Assembly (NCBI RefSeq): GCF_009914755.1
Contig: NC_060942.1
DNA length: 64,000 nucleotides
Strand: one strand, 5' to 3'
Source: the human T2T-CHM13v2.0 reference genome, Homo sapiens
The position numbers and the translations under genes were made by a program. Of the stretch, positions 39,595-52,772 are shown one piece after another (the first letter of the stretch is position 1; every line of letters begins with the position of its first letter). The notes below the pieces were generated by a model. That model had not been told where the DNA came from and searched no databases. It saw only the letters and a program-made list of their open reading frames with translations.

Positions 39595-40274
39595 CAAAGG
39601 GTGATGTACTATGACTGAACAGTCATTAAATTAATTTAAAAGATAAAAAACTCATTTTACTTTTTTTATAACTGAAATTTGTATGCTTTTTTCCTGCTCA
39701 GCAGAAGGGGAATTATTTTTATACCAACCTGGTAAATTTAATTCAAACCAGTAAATTTTATTCTACCCTCAATAATAAAATAACAGATCCTCTCAGGAAA
39801 TAGTCAATCAAATTCAAGTATTATTCTTTCAGTCATTGTTCACTATTATAAGTTTTCCTTTTAAGCTTCCTCCCCAGTTCTCCATACTTTTTTCTTTTCC
39901 AAGCAAGACAGGAAGGGGCATCTGCTTCTGCTCCTGGGGATATGTGAAATTGTATATGGTTTATTCATTGTCATGTCTCTGCAGCTTCTGGCAGCCAGTG
40001 TTTTCCTATGACCCTGTATCGCCTCTGGTACTGACAGCAAATAGAACAGACTCTATCTTGTAGAACACTTGATAGCTCTTCGGCACTTAGCTGGGCAGCC
40101 TCTGCAGCTTTCTGGCATAGCAGAGTTCACATGAAAGAACCACAGCCTCTATTTGCTTTCCTTAGCTATCTTCGGATGAGCAGCAATCTGGTCCAAGCCA
40201 CAGCTCCTGTCCATCATCTTCTCTGAGCTTATCAGAAATCTTGGAGTCATTGCCACGCATCATAATTCTCCTAT

Positions 40275-40580
40275 GTGACAGGTAGTTTCTAAGATAGTCT
40301 TCAATGTCTCTCTCTCTCCCTCCCTCTCTTTATCACTTCCTCTCTGACTGTTTACTTTAGGGGAAGTCAGGCGCATGTTGCATGGCAGTCTTATGAGAGG
40401 TCTGTGTAGTAAGAAACTGAAGAAGACGTCAAGCCAACAGTCAGTGAAGAAGAGAGACTTCGAGCTAGAGGTACCTAGTCTGGCCATGGCTGGGCACTTT
40501 ACCTACACAAACTACAATAATAAATGTTTGTTTTATAAATGGTCACATTGTAGAGAAATTTGTTACACAGCAGTAGCTAT
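40275..40580 (+). mobile_element. MLT1F/G-like LTR, internally deleted
   Basis: TGTGACAGGTAGTTTCTAAGATAG...AATAATAAATGTTTGTTTT...AATTTGTTACACAGCAGTAG. Confidence 0.7.
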
Positions 40581-41119
40581 TTTCCTCTATTATGTCTTCC
40601 AAACCTTGGCATCATTGAAAGTCCCTGCAGGTCATGCATGTGTCAAACTCCAGATTATAAATTGGGACCATTCCCTTTTTTCAGAAACTACTCCCAGGAT
40701 GCAAAGGAGATTCTCTTGGTGTGATGAACATTTATCAGATAACATATTAAGCATCCTTCTACCCACTTCCCTGCACAAATAGGGAAGAAAGAACAAATTA
40801 ACTGAGTCTGAAGCTTTACAGAGGCTGTTCTCCAAATCTGTCCTATTCCTTCCCCAATAACACCCATATTCTCCTTCCATATCTTATCTTTGCAAAGGCT
40901 GCAAAAAGTTTTCTCTTGCTTGAAACTTGTTCAGACTGGAAAAGCTAGGAATAAGGCTTCCTTTACATTTAGCTGTTTGAAATGATGTGTCATTACACTC
41001 ACGTGTGAGTTCTCTTCAGAGTAATCTGTACACTTCCCACACAGTCATCATGAAGAAACAGACAGCTGGTAAACCAGGAATACAGGGAAAGAAACTCCTT
41101 GATGACAATTTACACTATG

Positions 41120-41740
41120 GTGTAGCAGAATTCTCTGAGGAAGAAATCAATGGAAGCTTGTCTTGTGAATGAAGTGGAATTTGTGCTGAATCTTAAAGGA
41201 TCAGGGGATTTGTATAAATAGGCTGGAGGTTTATGGTCATTTTAGAAAAGAAAACAACTTGTGCAAAGGGTGCTAAGACTGAAACTGCATTTGGGAGCTT
41301 AGTGGGAAGAAGTACCTTGCAGGAACAAGATTGTCTGTTGGACAGTGAAAGAGAACGATTTCCATTGTGCCTGATTGCTCAATCTGACTGTTACCTGTCA
41401 GATGAGCATGGAGATGTGCATGAGCAAGGAGATGTGCATGAGCAGAGGAACAAGACAATAAAATTAAGGACTTCACAAGCTTGATTAGACGGCAGGTGAT
41501 AGTAAGCAATGAATAAATATTTGTTGGGGGACTTCTATGCATCAGGCATAGCACTAAAAGTAGAATGGTAAGCAGAGTAAACACAGTTGCTACCCTCACA
41601 GAGCTTACACTCTATTGTAGATGGCCATAATTATACAAATAGTGATTTACGTAAGTTTAGTCTGTAACCTGCTAGGAAGTGGAAATTCAATGTTATGTAA
41701 GGCTACAATGGGAACACTTGATGGAGTTAAGCTTTCCTAA
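41120..41740 (-). mobile_element. L2 fragments
   Basis: GCTGAATCTTAAAGGAT...TTGTGCAAAGG; and AATAAATATTTGTTGGG...CTACCCTCACAGAGCTTACACTCTA (antisense 3' end). Confidence 0.65.
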
Positions 41741-41744
41741 GAAT

Positions 41745-44240
41745 TTTTTTAATTAAACTTTTGGTTTTGAGGTAATTGTAGATTTATATGCAATTGTAAA
41801 AAATAAAACAGAGAAACCCCATGTACCCTTTCCTAAATTTACCCCAATGGTAACGTCTTGCATAACTATAGTACAATATCACAACCAGGATATTGACATT
41901 GATACAGTGAAGATACATTTCCATTATAAGAATTCTTCATGTTGCTCTTTTAGCCACATCTACTGCTTTCTTCCTAGCTCTCCCTTTCCTTATTACTCCT
42001 GACAACCACTAATCTGTTCTCCATTTAAAAACTGTTAACATTCCAAGAATGTCCCCATTATGAAGGGAATCACTGCATGCAGCTTTGGCGACTGACTTTT
42101 TAAATTTACCATAATTGTCTACAGATTAGACTAGGTTGATTTTTATGTGTATCAATTATTTATTTATTTATTATTTTACAAATAGTGCTCCATAGTGTAG
42201 ATGTACCACAGTTTGTTTAACTGTCTATCTATTGAAGGATATCTGGGTTCTTTCCATTTGGAGGCTATTATGGATAAAATTTCTATAAACATTGTGGACA
42301 TATTTTCATGTGAACATGTTTGTATTTTTCTAGGAAAAAATGCCTAGGAGTACAATTTCTGGGTTTTATAGTAAAAAGAGAGAGAAAGGGAGAAACAGAG
42401 TTTTTTTTAAGACTGTCAAATTACTTTCTGGAGTGGCTGTACCATTTTTACCTTGTTTTCAACAATGTAAAAGTGATCCAGTTTTTCCACCCCTTCTTCA
42501 GTATTTGTGATTGCAACTATATTTTTTACTTTAGCCATTCTAATAGGTGTGTAGAAGTGACTTACTGTATTTGTAATTTGCTTCTTCCAGATGTCTAATG
42601 TGTTGTGTATGTCTTTTCATGTGCTTATTTGTTATCCATTCTTATCTTTTGGTGAGTTTTGTTTAATGGCACAATATATAGTCTAATTTGACATATGTTT
42701 CCTGAGCTCTTAAAAAGAGTGTGTATTCTGCTTTTGAGATGAGGGGTCTAAAAGTGTAAATCTTGTTGGCTGATGGTTTTTGAGTTTCCTCTGCGTCTTT
42801 GTTAGTTTTCTGCCTAATCATTCTATCACATGCTTAGAAAAATGTATCTAAGTCTCCAACTATATTTTGGGTATATATGCCCAACATGTACAGCTAATAT
42901 ATTTTATTTATTTTTAGTTCTATTTTATTTTGCTTTACATATTTTGCTACTCTTTTTTGGGTGGTACATACATATATAGAATTGCAATGTCTTCTTGGTT
43001 TATTAATCCCTTTATCATTACATAATATCCCTTTCTGTTTCTGATAATTTTCTTTGCTTTAAAATCTAATTTGTCTGGTGTTTATATAATCACTCTTGCT
43101 TTATCTTTATTAATGTTAAAATGATGTATATTTCTTTATTTTATTTTCAATCTACCCATATCATGATATTTATATTTGAAGTGACCTTCTTAATAGTGAT
43201 ATATAGTTGGGTCATAATTTTTAATTCACTCTGCTAAGCTTTTAGTTGGTGGGTTTAGATATTTACATTTAATGTAATAATTTACATTTTAGGAATAAAA
43301 TCTGCAATTTTATTTTTTCTTTAATTTGTTGCTTTGCAATTTTAACTTTCTTGGCTTTTTTACTTTACATGAGCATGTATCAGAATTCCAATTTGATTTA
43401 TCAAAAGTATTTTTTAGTGCATTGCTTTGCATAGCTTTCTTAGTAGTTTCTGTAGCTATTCAGTTATATATACATTACAATCCAATGATGTTATAATTTT
43501 ACCAGTTCAAATGAAGTACAAAAACCTTATCTCCTTCTGTCTTTTTACACTCCCAAGTTTCTAATATACTTGTCTTAATTTACACTTGTTCTAAATATAT
43601 TAATTATATATTTAGAACCATATAAAAAAGTGTTGGATTTTTTGCTTTAACTCTTAAAGAGAATTTAGAAGATTCAAGAGAAGAAAGAAAGTCTATTGTA
43701 TTTACCCACATTTTTTCTTACCATAATTTTTCTTTTTCTCTGATGTTCCAAAATTTCTTCATTTATTGATTATTTTCTGTTTAGCAAACTTTCTTTAGCC
43801 ATGTTTTTTAGAGTAAAAAGGAGAATTCTTTTAATTTACTTTCATTTGAGAATGCTTTGATTTTTCTCTTCATTCTTGGAGGATGTTTTCACTGGACATA
43901 GTATTCTGGGTTGGCAGTTATTTTTTAACAATTTAAAAATGTTATGTTGCTTTATTTTCACCTTTATGTTTCCTAATGAGAAATCCTCTGTCATTAAAAT
44001 ATTTTCCCCTATGGGTAACATATCATTTCTTTCTCACTGCTTTCAAGAACTTTTTTTTTAATTTCAGCAGTTTGGCTAAAATGTATTTTGATATAGATAC
44101 ATTTAATTTATATTATATTTAGGGTTTGTTCAGCTTCTTGAACCTGTAGGTTTATGTCTATTGCAAAATCTGGGAATTTTTCAGCCATTATTTTTTTGAG
44201 TACTTCTTCAACCCTACCTTCTCTTCTCTCCTTCCACATG
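41745..44240 (-). mobile_element. L1M (L1MC-like) with large internal deletion
   Basis: 3' UTR CCCATGTACCCTTT...CCCCAATGGTAAC..CTTGCATAACTATAGTACAATATCACAACCAGGATATTGACATTGATACAGT; jumps near 42650 to endonuclease-region sequence (AAGTCTCCAACTAT) and then ORF1-region sequence (GGGAATTTTTCAGCCATTATTT). Confidence 0.85.
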
Positions 44241-44289
44241 TCTGCAATATATTTTAAGGGTAATGGGCAATTTAATCAAGAAACTTACA

Positions 44290-44745
44290 TCTTTTAATGA
44301 GAAACAGACCATTCCACAACTTAGCTGTTTGTAACAATTAGCCCACAACTAATTAGCTCACAACTCAGTGGAATGACAAATTTTCTCTGTCTCAGCATAG
44401 CAGTGCTTTTCCTGGTCTCAGATGGTCTTACTCATGAATCTTTAGTTAGCTGCTAGATTAACTGGAGGCTAATTGGTCTAGGAGGTCTGTACTGGAATGG
44501 CTTGTCTCTACTTCACATGTTCCTCCACTTTCTAGCAGACTAACATGAGCTTTCTCCCATGTGATGGAAGTGTTACAAGAGCTGTAAGAAGCAAAAAAAC
44601 AGTTGTGTAAGAGTTTTTCAAGGCCTGGCTGTTGTTATGCCTGCCAGTGTCTGATTGGTCAAATAAATCACATGAGCAATCCAAAGTCAGGGAATGGAAA
44701 AACAGACTACGTGTCTTAATGGCAGGAGAAGAATTTTACAATGTA
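44290..44745 (-). mobile_element. Old MaLR LTR (MLT1H-L-like)
   Basis: ATTAGCTCACAACTC...GATTGGTCAAATAAATCACATG...CCAAAGTCAGGGAATGGAAAAACAGACTACGTGTCTTAATGG. Confidence 0.65.
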
Positions 44746-44759
44746 CCCTCAGGCTACTA

Positions 44760-45410
44760 TGATCATATTCACCTTTTTAAAAGATTATTTGGTGCCACAA
44801 GAGGTATGAATTGCAGAAAGCAAGAGTTGATACTGAGAGACCAGTTGCAATACGAGGATAGAAAGAAATGGAGATTAAAAACACACTTAGGAGCCAGTAT
44901 TGACAAATGATTGATTATGCATGAGTAGGCAAGAAAAGGTAAATCATGCATTACTATCAGGTTTCTGTCTTGAGCAAGTTGGTGAATACACTGACATTTA
45001 TTGAATTGGAAACCCTATAAGTAGCAAGATAAAGAATGGGTAATTACTCCAAGTTTTGGATAAGTTGTATTTGGGTACTAAAAAGCATCCAAGTGGAAAT
45101 GTTGACTATATAGCTCAGTATACGGCCAGGATCTTGGAAGAGAGTTCGGGCCTAGAGAAAAAGATCCTTTCGTCCCCCAGATTGAAAAGATACATTAAGT
45201 ATCTTCTTTGTTTCATACTCTCTCAATCATACGTGATCCTCTATACATGTATACAATTCTACATGCCTTTGAGACTCATGATGAAAACTTTCCCTTTTCT
45301 ATTCCCAACCACCGACATTTTAGTCATTCTTTCTACATTTATTTTTAAAAAATCAACTTATTGACTATAACTTTCACTATAGGAATGGATGAGTTAAATG
45401 CTAATATCCA
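44760..45410 (-). mobile_element. L2 internal fragment interrupted at 45165-45352
   Basis: TTTTAAAAGATTA...CAGGTTTCTGTCTTGAGCAAGTTGG...CATCCAAGTGGAAATGTTGA...GGGCCTAGAGA; resumes as ...ATAGGAATGGATGAG. Confidence 0.75.
45165..45352 (+). repeat. 188-bp dispersed direct repeat, copy 1 (derived)
   Basis: Matches 47183-47370 with 4 substitutions plus 2 differences at the terminal T/A run. Confidence 0.97.
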
Positions 45411-46373
45411 TAAGAGTTGTATGGTTCTAAAAATATAAGTGATGGAATAAATGCAGAGTTCCATTGAGATCAACAATTTTAACAGCATTCAGAAACGTAT
45501 TTTTATATTTTGCTACTTTATTAAGCACAAATATATTTAGTATTTGTTTAAAAGATGTGTATATCTTGAGACAAATAAATGAAAAATTTAATCTTAGTTA
45601 TTGCCAATGGTGCTATATATCTTTCCACTACTAGATTTCACGAATAGAGAGACAGGCTACATGATGTGTATATTTGTAACAAGGAGTAAGGGCTACATGA
45701 GCATAGGATCATATCCCTCATTATGTTAGTACCTATTGATACAACTTTAAATTGAATTTAGTCTGTCTAATCTGGGTTGCCAGCAAGAATCAAAACAGTA
45801 AAATGATGAGAAGATAAGATTCAAAATTATTTGAGATAATATTTGGTTTAGTTTCAAGTGGTGAGAACTGAACTAGATGTCTGAAGGTCAGAGATTATGA
45901 CCAGCCAAAATTTCTGAACATATGTAACTGTTGTTATATGTGCATATTTCTTAGTGTATATGAATCTTTAAAGTCTAGGAAAAGTTAGAATAAAGTGCAA
46001 GCATACTTTTTTAAAAAGTAAATTAAAATTATTTTTTATCTTGGGGTGAAATCTAGATATCAATTTTTTGTATATGTGAAATTTAATAGAGTTTGACATG
46101 TTTGAGTGACAGCCTTGTAAATCCATCCTAAAACATGTTTTTGAGTAGTTGATTCAGTAGGGTGATTTTTAAGTTAAAATCTTGCTTAGTTTATGTATAG
46201 TATATTTTTAACATTTATACAAACTTTAATTGTATTGTATTAATAGTTAATTTCTCGGATCTATAAAAATCCCTAAAGTGTGAGAAGACTTTTTGTCAGA
46301 AAATCAAAATGTTTAAATTGAATGCAAAATATATTTATAAATTCTGTTGAAAATGCTTGATTAGTTTAACTAC

Positions 46374-46443
46374 CTTGTAAATGTGACCAGGTAGTATTCA
46401 AAGTCCCTCTTGTAAATGTGACCAAGTAGTATCCAAAGTCCCT
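46374..46443. repeat. 35-bp tandem duplication
   Basis: CTTGTAAATGTGACCA(G/A)GTAGTAT(T/C)CAAAGTCCCT at 46374 and 46409. Confidence 0.95.
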
Positions 46444-47182
46444 TTAAAGATGCTCATGTTTCTAGATTTACAAGTTGACTAGGAATACTAGCAGAATAGA
46501 ATGTGACTATGTTGAATAGAAACACAAGCAGATTGAACAGAATTTGCAGTTAAGCTTAAGTATCTAAGAAAGAAGTCGGGTTTTTAATTTGTAACATCAA
46601 TAAGTTGAATTTAAAATAAAATCATAAAATTGTAAAGTCTTTCTTACATACAAAATCTACCCTAAGCTCAATACAGGTAGAAAATAATTTAGAAGACTGT
46701 TGCATAAAATGAAAAAGTCAGTTAGACTTTTAGTCCCCCACAAAAAACGGGGGACTCTTTTGGAGACAGTGCAATGGGACGTGAAATGATACATACACAA
46801 AACTATAAGCAGAATGAGATGCTGGAGCTCTTGGGAGGGAATGAATCTTGGGCTGTACAATGTCTTCTTGAAGTTAATGCTCAATGCAGTGACCAAGAAC
46901 AAAGACAAAGTTGATAGCTAGCAAACAGCAAGGTAGTAGGATGATCCTCTTTAACTCCCCACTGGGACATTTGGAGCCACATTTTGCTGGGTAACAAACT
47001 CCCATTCAGCTTTTTCACTCCCTCCAAGTTCAGTCTTCTATAAGAAGAGAGGTGAGAAGACTTGTAAGAATGAGCCCGTCCACATGAGTTGGGGTAGTGT
47101 GGAGGAATGGGTGTTACAGAGCAAACCAGGAGCTCATAAGAGCAAATCAGAATCCTACTCAGGTGGAGCTGGCTTGTTCTAT

Positions 47183-47370
47183 TCCTTTCGTCCCCCAGAT
47201 TGAAAAGATACATTAAGTATCTTCTTTGTTTCATACTCTCTCAATCATACGTGATCATCTATACATGTATACAATTCTACATGCCTTTGAGACTCATGAT
47301 TAAAACTTTCCCTTCTCTATTCCCAACCACTGACATTTTAGTCATTCTTTCTACATTTATTTAAAAAAAA
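47183..47370 (+). repeat. 188-bp dispersed direct repeat, copy 2 (probable donor)
   Basis: Matches 45165-45352 and continues into sense-strand L2-like sequence. Confidence 0.97.
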
Positions 47371-48250
47371 CACACACACATCTGACTGGTAATCTTTCTC
47401 TTCTTATTAGGCCCTTGTTCTATCCTGGGTGACTTCTGTGTCATCAATATCTTGTTCTACAATTCCTTAACATTCTTATCTAAAATGATTAATTTTTCCA
47501 TTCCAATGCAGCCATTTACTCCCATGGCCTCATCCTGAACCTTGTTCCTTGGAACTATTCTGCTTCTGATATTATAGAGACAGAATCACAGAGAGGATAA
47601 CAACCTCCTAGCTTTCTATCCTTCAAATATTAATCAAGCCTATTTTTCTTCATGCTTACCATCACCTACCTGTTACTCATTCATCCCATTATTATTTCTT
47701 TTCTAGATTATTACTTCTACCTCTTAACTGATCTCACTGACTCTAATGTGTAACTCATTTCTGTTTACACATCTTCAGTGTTCTTTCTATATAAAATGCA
47801 AATTAGATTATTGTCCTTAGGACAGTTTCTAGACTCTTGAACATATGTACTTTGAGCCCATTTCTTTATTTTTTTCATTTTAACTCTCATATTGCCCCAC
47901 TTTCATCTTTTCACTTCTGCAAGATTGAAACTCACTGAGTTCTGCAGGGATTCCATATGCTCTTACCTATAAGCCTTTATATACACTTCATTCAGTCTGA
48001 GATATCAAACTGTTCCTACCTGCCAGTTCTATCTCCACCTTACCCTTCCCTTTTAGCTCTTTTCTACATATTTAGTAGGTTCTAACTTAAATTTTACTTT
48101 TTAAAATAAAGCTTTCCTAAAACGCCACTAGCCCAGGCACCCCACACTGAATGTAGTACTCTTATATTTATGCTCCTACAGCATCCTCTACTTCACAGTC
48201 AGATAATGGATTATACTTTATTGTAATTGTATTTTTCTCTGTAGGTTCTT
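47280..48250 (+). mobile_element. L2 fragments (endonuclease region and 3' part)
   Basis: TCCTGGGTGACTTC...CAGCCATTTACTCCCATGGCCTCATCCTGAACCTTG; TAGATTATTAC...CCTCTTAACTGATCTC. Confidence 0.6.
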
Positions 48251-48559
48251 TAATCAACTTACATTTGGACTACTTATGAAGAGTTAGAAATGCCTAAACA
48301 TCTCTACTCTTAACTGTCTATATGTTATGGTTTGAGGAAGGAATGCAGTGCTATATTTTCAAAAAATTTCTCAGCTCAGGCTTGTATTGTATGTTTACTT
48401 GATGAAAAATATTTATACTGTAAGGGGGACAGTTTGAGAGAAATGAAAAACCAAGATTCACTGATAATTATGTAATTTTAATATTTATTGTTTCATGAGC
48501 ACCTATTTTAGTGCATATGTTAATGCATTAGTATTAACAGGGCCTAGATGAATATCAAT

Positions 48560-49150
48560 AAAAGCTAACATTTGTTAATTAACATATACTAGTTATCATG
48601 GCATTTTGCATGCATTTGCTCATTTGTCCCTTCACACCTTATTCAAAAGTAGGCATTACTCTTTGTCCTAATCCATTTTCTGTTGCAATAACGGAATACC
48701 TGACACTAGCAAATGTATAAAGAAAAGAAATTTATTTTTCACTGTTCTGAAAACTGGAGTCCAAGAGCATGGCGGCAGCATTTGGTGAGGGTGATCCAAT
48801 GGCAGAAGGCAAAAGTGAGCTGATGACACAGAGAGCACAAGAGTGAGCTGAGTTCACTTTTATAACAACCAACTCTCATAAAAACTAACTTGCTCTCATG
48901 AAACAGCATTAATGCACTCATGATCCAATCACCTCTTAAAGGTTCCACCTTTTAATGTAGTTACATTAGCAATTAAGTTTCCAACATATAAAATTGGGGG
49001 GACACATTCAAATCATAGCACTCTTATAACCACAATTTACAAAATAAGAAAACTGAAGCTAATAAAGTTTAAGTAACGTGTCAAAGGTTTATGATTTCTC
49101 CAAGTGATGAAGCCAAGAGTTACACTCAGATGCTTAGGTTCCAGGGCTTG
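48560..49150 (-). mobile_element. MIR split by an MST LTR
   Basis: AGCTAACATTTG before the LTR; TTTACAAAATAAGAAAACTGAAGCT...TTAAGTAACGTGTCAAAGGT after it. Confidence 0.7.
48664..49020 (-). mobile_element. MaLR solo LTR (MST-like)
   Basis: TGTCCTAATCCATTTTCTGTTGC...GGGGGACACATTCAAATCATAGCA; 357 bp; perfect 5-bp TSD CTCTT (48659-48663, 49021-49025). Confidence 0.92.
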
Positions 49151-52100
49151 CCCACTGAACCACTCACATGTTTTAGCAAAAGAGTAACTTGTATATGACG
49201 GGAAAAGGGTGGTGGTTTATGTGTGAAATAATGTGATTTCAAGAAATCGGCATTTGAAGTAGAAACAAGATCCTATATACCATTTTTCAAGCTGGTTCTA
49301 TTTATTTATTATCACCTGAATAGCTCGTACTACCTGTAATATTGAACAACATTAAATATTTTTATTTTATATTGATATTCATGATAAAGAAACTTACATT
49401 ATTGATCTAGGAGATGAAAATGGAAAGCACTGCTTGCCATTCTTTTTATCTAATAAAAAGTAACCAAGAATCTTGTGAAAAATACATTTACTTAATGAGG
49501 AAATATCATACAGCCTCCCAGGGCAACACAATCAAGCACCTTGCCAAGAGCTTATTCAAGAACTATGGATTGGATAGTCCCAAATTCTTAATTAAGTGCC
49601 CTTTCCTCTAAATTCCCTGAAGTACGGTCCAATTTACTAATAGCTACAAATATAATTGGCACAGAAATGACTTCTTTTGCACTAAAATATCACATATGCC
49701 AAGGGAATGAGTACAACAACAGACTAGTGATACTGATTCTCTAAAGTCTGGGTTATTAAACTAAGCTCACAAAGTCAAGAACAAAACTCTTGTGAGGAAG
49801 GTCTATACACTATGTGGTTGGGATTTGTGGAATGGGTGGCAGGCTGAGAGGAAGAGATGACAAATGGGGATGGCTAATACATTTTCCATTTTAGGAGCAG
49901 AATAGGCTTCTGCATTTCTGGACTTTTGTTTATTCATTTACTCATGCATTTGTTTGTTCACTCATTCATGCATGGATGGGTGCATTTTTATGCTTTGTAT
50001 GATGAATTCAAATACATAAGTCCAGGGGAGAGTCAGGTATTTTTACTCAAAGAAAAGTACAACTCCTGTCTAGAAATGCTGGACCCACTGCCCAACTTAG
50101 ATAGCAAATTCAAAGTGTCCACTCATCCTAATCTGTTTATTTAAAAACAAAAAGACAAATAAATAAATTGTGTAAGAGTCTTCTTCACTGTTATATTAAT
50201 TCTTTTTGTATTATTTATGTATTTGCAAATAACCCTGACTTAAAATGAGTATGACATTATTGCAAAATAAAACTTAATTTAAAAATCATAAAATGGCATT
50301 AAGTTTAGGAAATTTAGAAAAATGCACAAATCCTCTTTTTACCACCTTCTATTTGTATACATTTCTGTAATTCTCTTATTTTCTCAAGCTTACATTTTTC
50401 ATCTACAAAATGAGGATATTGATACCTCTTCTATTTCAGGAAGATTAAAGATTGAATTTGAAAAAATTTTGTAAACTCTAAAGGATTATGAACATGTTTA
50501 TAATTAAAATAGTATGTTTTCTATTTTTTCCCAGTTAAGTCTTAGTAGCACTCGCAATTACTAAATCAGTATTCATGTAGATTATATCAGTCAGAAGGCT
50601 CCAGAGATCTCTTAATGAGATTATACAAAAGCAAATATTTTATCCAGTATTGAAATGCATCACCTTTGAAAGTTAATGGATCAATTGCCTAATAGGAACA
50701 ATAACTGTAATGTTTTACAACAGAAATATCTCTTTCAACTGACATTCTAAAGGGAGTTCAGTGGGAGGGAAACAATTATTCAGAGTGTTTGACTGTGCTC
50801 AGAATTATAAAAAGTGCCCTGGAATCTTAAATAAGTTTGAGTAGACAGATGTTTAAAGTTGCATACATCAAAGCTAAAAATTTTTTTTTCTACTTTTGTT
50901 TTAAACTTAAAAAAACCTAAACTTTAAAAAAATTATATTAGGAATTAAATGCTGGGGGAAAATCTCATATTCGTAGCTCCCAAGCCCTAGGCTTTTGGAG
51001 GCTCAGGGAAGTTAAATACTTTGTCCAAGTTATAATGGTTGAGATATAAGCCTAGACAGCTTTTGGTGATGGTCCTTATATTTTAACCATTACACAAAAT
51101 TTATCTCAGAGGGACAAACAGCAGATCATAGTTTTATGTAACTTTTCTCAAAGAAATAATTATTCTGAGTAAAATTTTATTTTCTAAAGCTCATAAAAGA
51201 TTATTGTGATTCTAGATTCTAGATTCTAAGCAGCTAGGACCTGAAGAATTTTGCCGTCCTTTCAAAACTGGTCCAACTACACAACAGTCTTGGCTGAATT
51301 TGTCACTTAAATAAAAGGTCAGAATCAAAATACAAAGACAAGATTGAATATGAGATTTTCAACTAAAATCTATCCAAATTCTAACCAAAATAAAAATAAC
51401 TAGTAAGGAATATAATATGTTGGTGTTGGACTAGGTGGAGGCAGAGAAAAAGGATAGAACATTAAAATAATTTTCACATTTTAGTTAGCAAGCAAGCAAG
51501 AAAGAATGTAAACATATCTCCTACATTATTTTTCATACCATTTGGGTAGTTTTAAGATGTCAGAGAGCAGTATTTTCCATTTCAAGTGATCATGCCTCCT
51601 TTGAGTTAAATTTCTGTAATAGCTAGAATATTTTACCTTCCAAGATTCTTTTTGAGCAATGAATTAAAAAAAATCTTGTGACGTTATTTTTAAAAAATGC
51701 TTGATGTTATCCTTATTTAAATGATTTAGATAGTCTATCCTCTAAACATATTTATGTGGTTCGCTTGGACAGTGTACATGAGTATTTGTTTTTCACTTAG
51801 CCTTGTGTTACAGTGATAGGTAGCAATATTATTCTTTAACTCTATTTCCACATTTTTTATAAATTAGCAGAGGATTGTGTGTGAGATTTACAGAAAAATA
51901 ATTAACATATAAATAATTATAGTGAAATAATTTAAATAATTCAAATACCAAAATATCTGGTAGATCACTAAGAAGAAGAGAGATCTGTTAGATCTGGGCT
52001 GATTTCAAAAAGCATGCCTTGTATTTTACATAAGCAAGAGTTAAGAGAATAAGGGCTTGAGAGTAATGCTGTGATGTGAATAGATACATTTGGTCATATT

Positions 52101-52176
52101 TTGAAGGGCTTCAATGCTGACCTAAAGGGTTTGTAATGTGCTTGGCTGCCTTATATGGTAGTAATTTGGCCATCTT

Positions 52177-52248
52177 TCAGGGTGTTGATGAAGAGGCGTC
52201 CTGTCAGGATGTTGATGAAGAGCATGTGTGTGTGTGTGTGTATGTATG

Positions 52249-52279
<31 letters not shown>

Positions 52280-52349
52280 GTATATATGTACACACGAGAG
52301 CACACACATGTGTATATATACATATATACGTGAGAGCACACACACACAG
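52177..52349. repeat. Short duplication followed by (TG)/(TA)/(CA) compound microsatellite
   Basis: TCAGG(G/A)TGTTGATGAAGAG twice, then TG/TA runs with GAGAGCACACACA twice. Confidence 0.9.
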
Positions 52350-52669
52350 CTTCCATGAGACACCATTCAAAACCCATTATGGACAACTCTCACCTTAAAT
52401 TGTCTACTCCTTAGAAACCCCTTTGGTTCAATTTGCATCTGTTAATTATATCAGACTCAATATTCCATTGACATCCTCTTCGCTTTATTTCCCATCCTTC
52501 CCAAATTCCAACTAAGAAGTCTTGAAACAAGCTTTTCATATTTCACTTTGTTCCTTCCATGGGCATTATTTAGCTTCAGAGCTCAAAAGGCGTATCTTCA
52601 AAGTAACCATTTTTCCCATCACCTAAAATGCAAATGATGGTCCATAGGAAAATGATTTTCACAACACGT

Positions 52670-52772
52670 TTTCTGTATCCATTAATTTTTTGACAGACTC
52701 TTAGATAGTTTCTGTATCTTGGCTTGTGAATAATACTACAATGAACATGAGAGTGCAGACATCTCTTCATAC
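52670..52772 (-). mobile_element. Short L1 ORF2 C-terminal fragment
   Basis: TATCTTGGCTTGTGAATAATACTACAATGAACATGAGAGTGCAGACATCTCTTC. Confidence 0.7.

Noticed and set aside
45165-45352. Copy 1 as a retrocopy or processed pseudogene because it ends in an A run
   Set aside because: The A run is short and already present in the donor copy, no TSD is visible, and the donor is only 2 kb away.
52122-52386. Five overlapping ORFs rich in Y/I/C/V/H/T
   Set aside because: Artefact of stop-free TG/TA/CA microsatellite.
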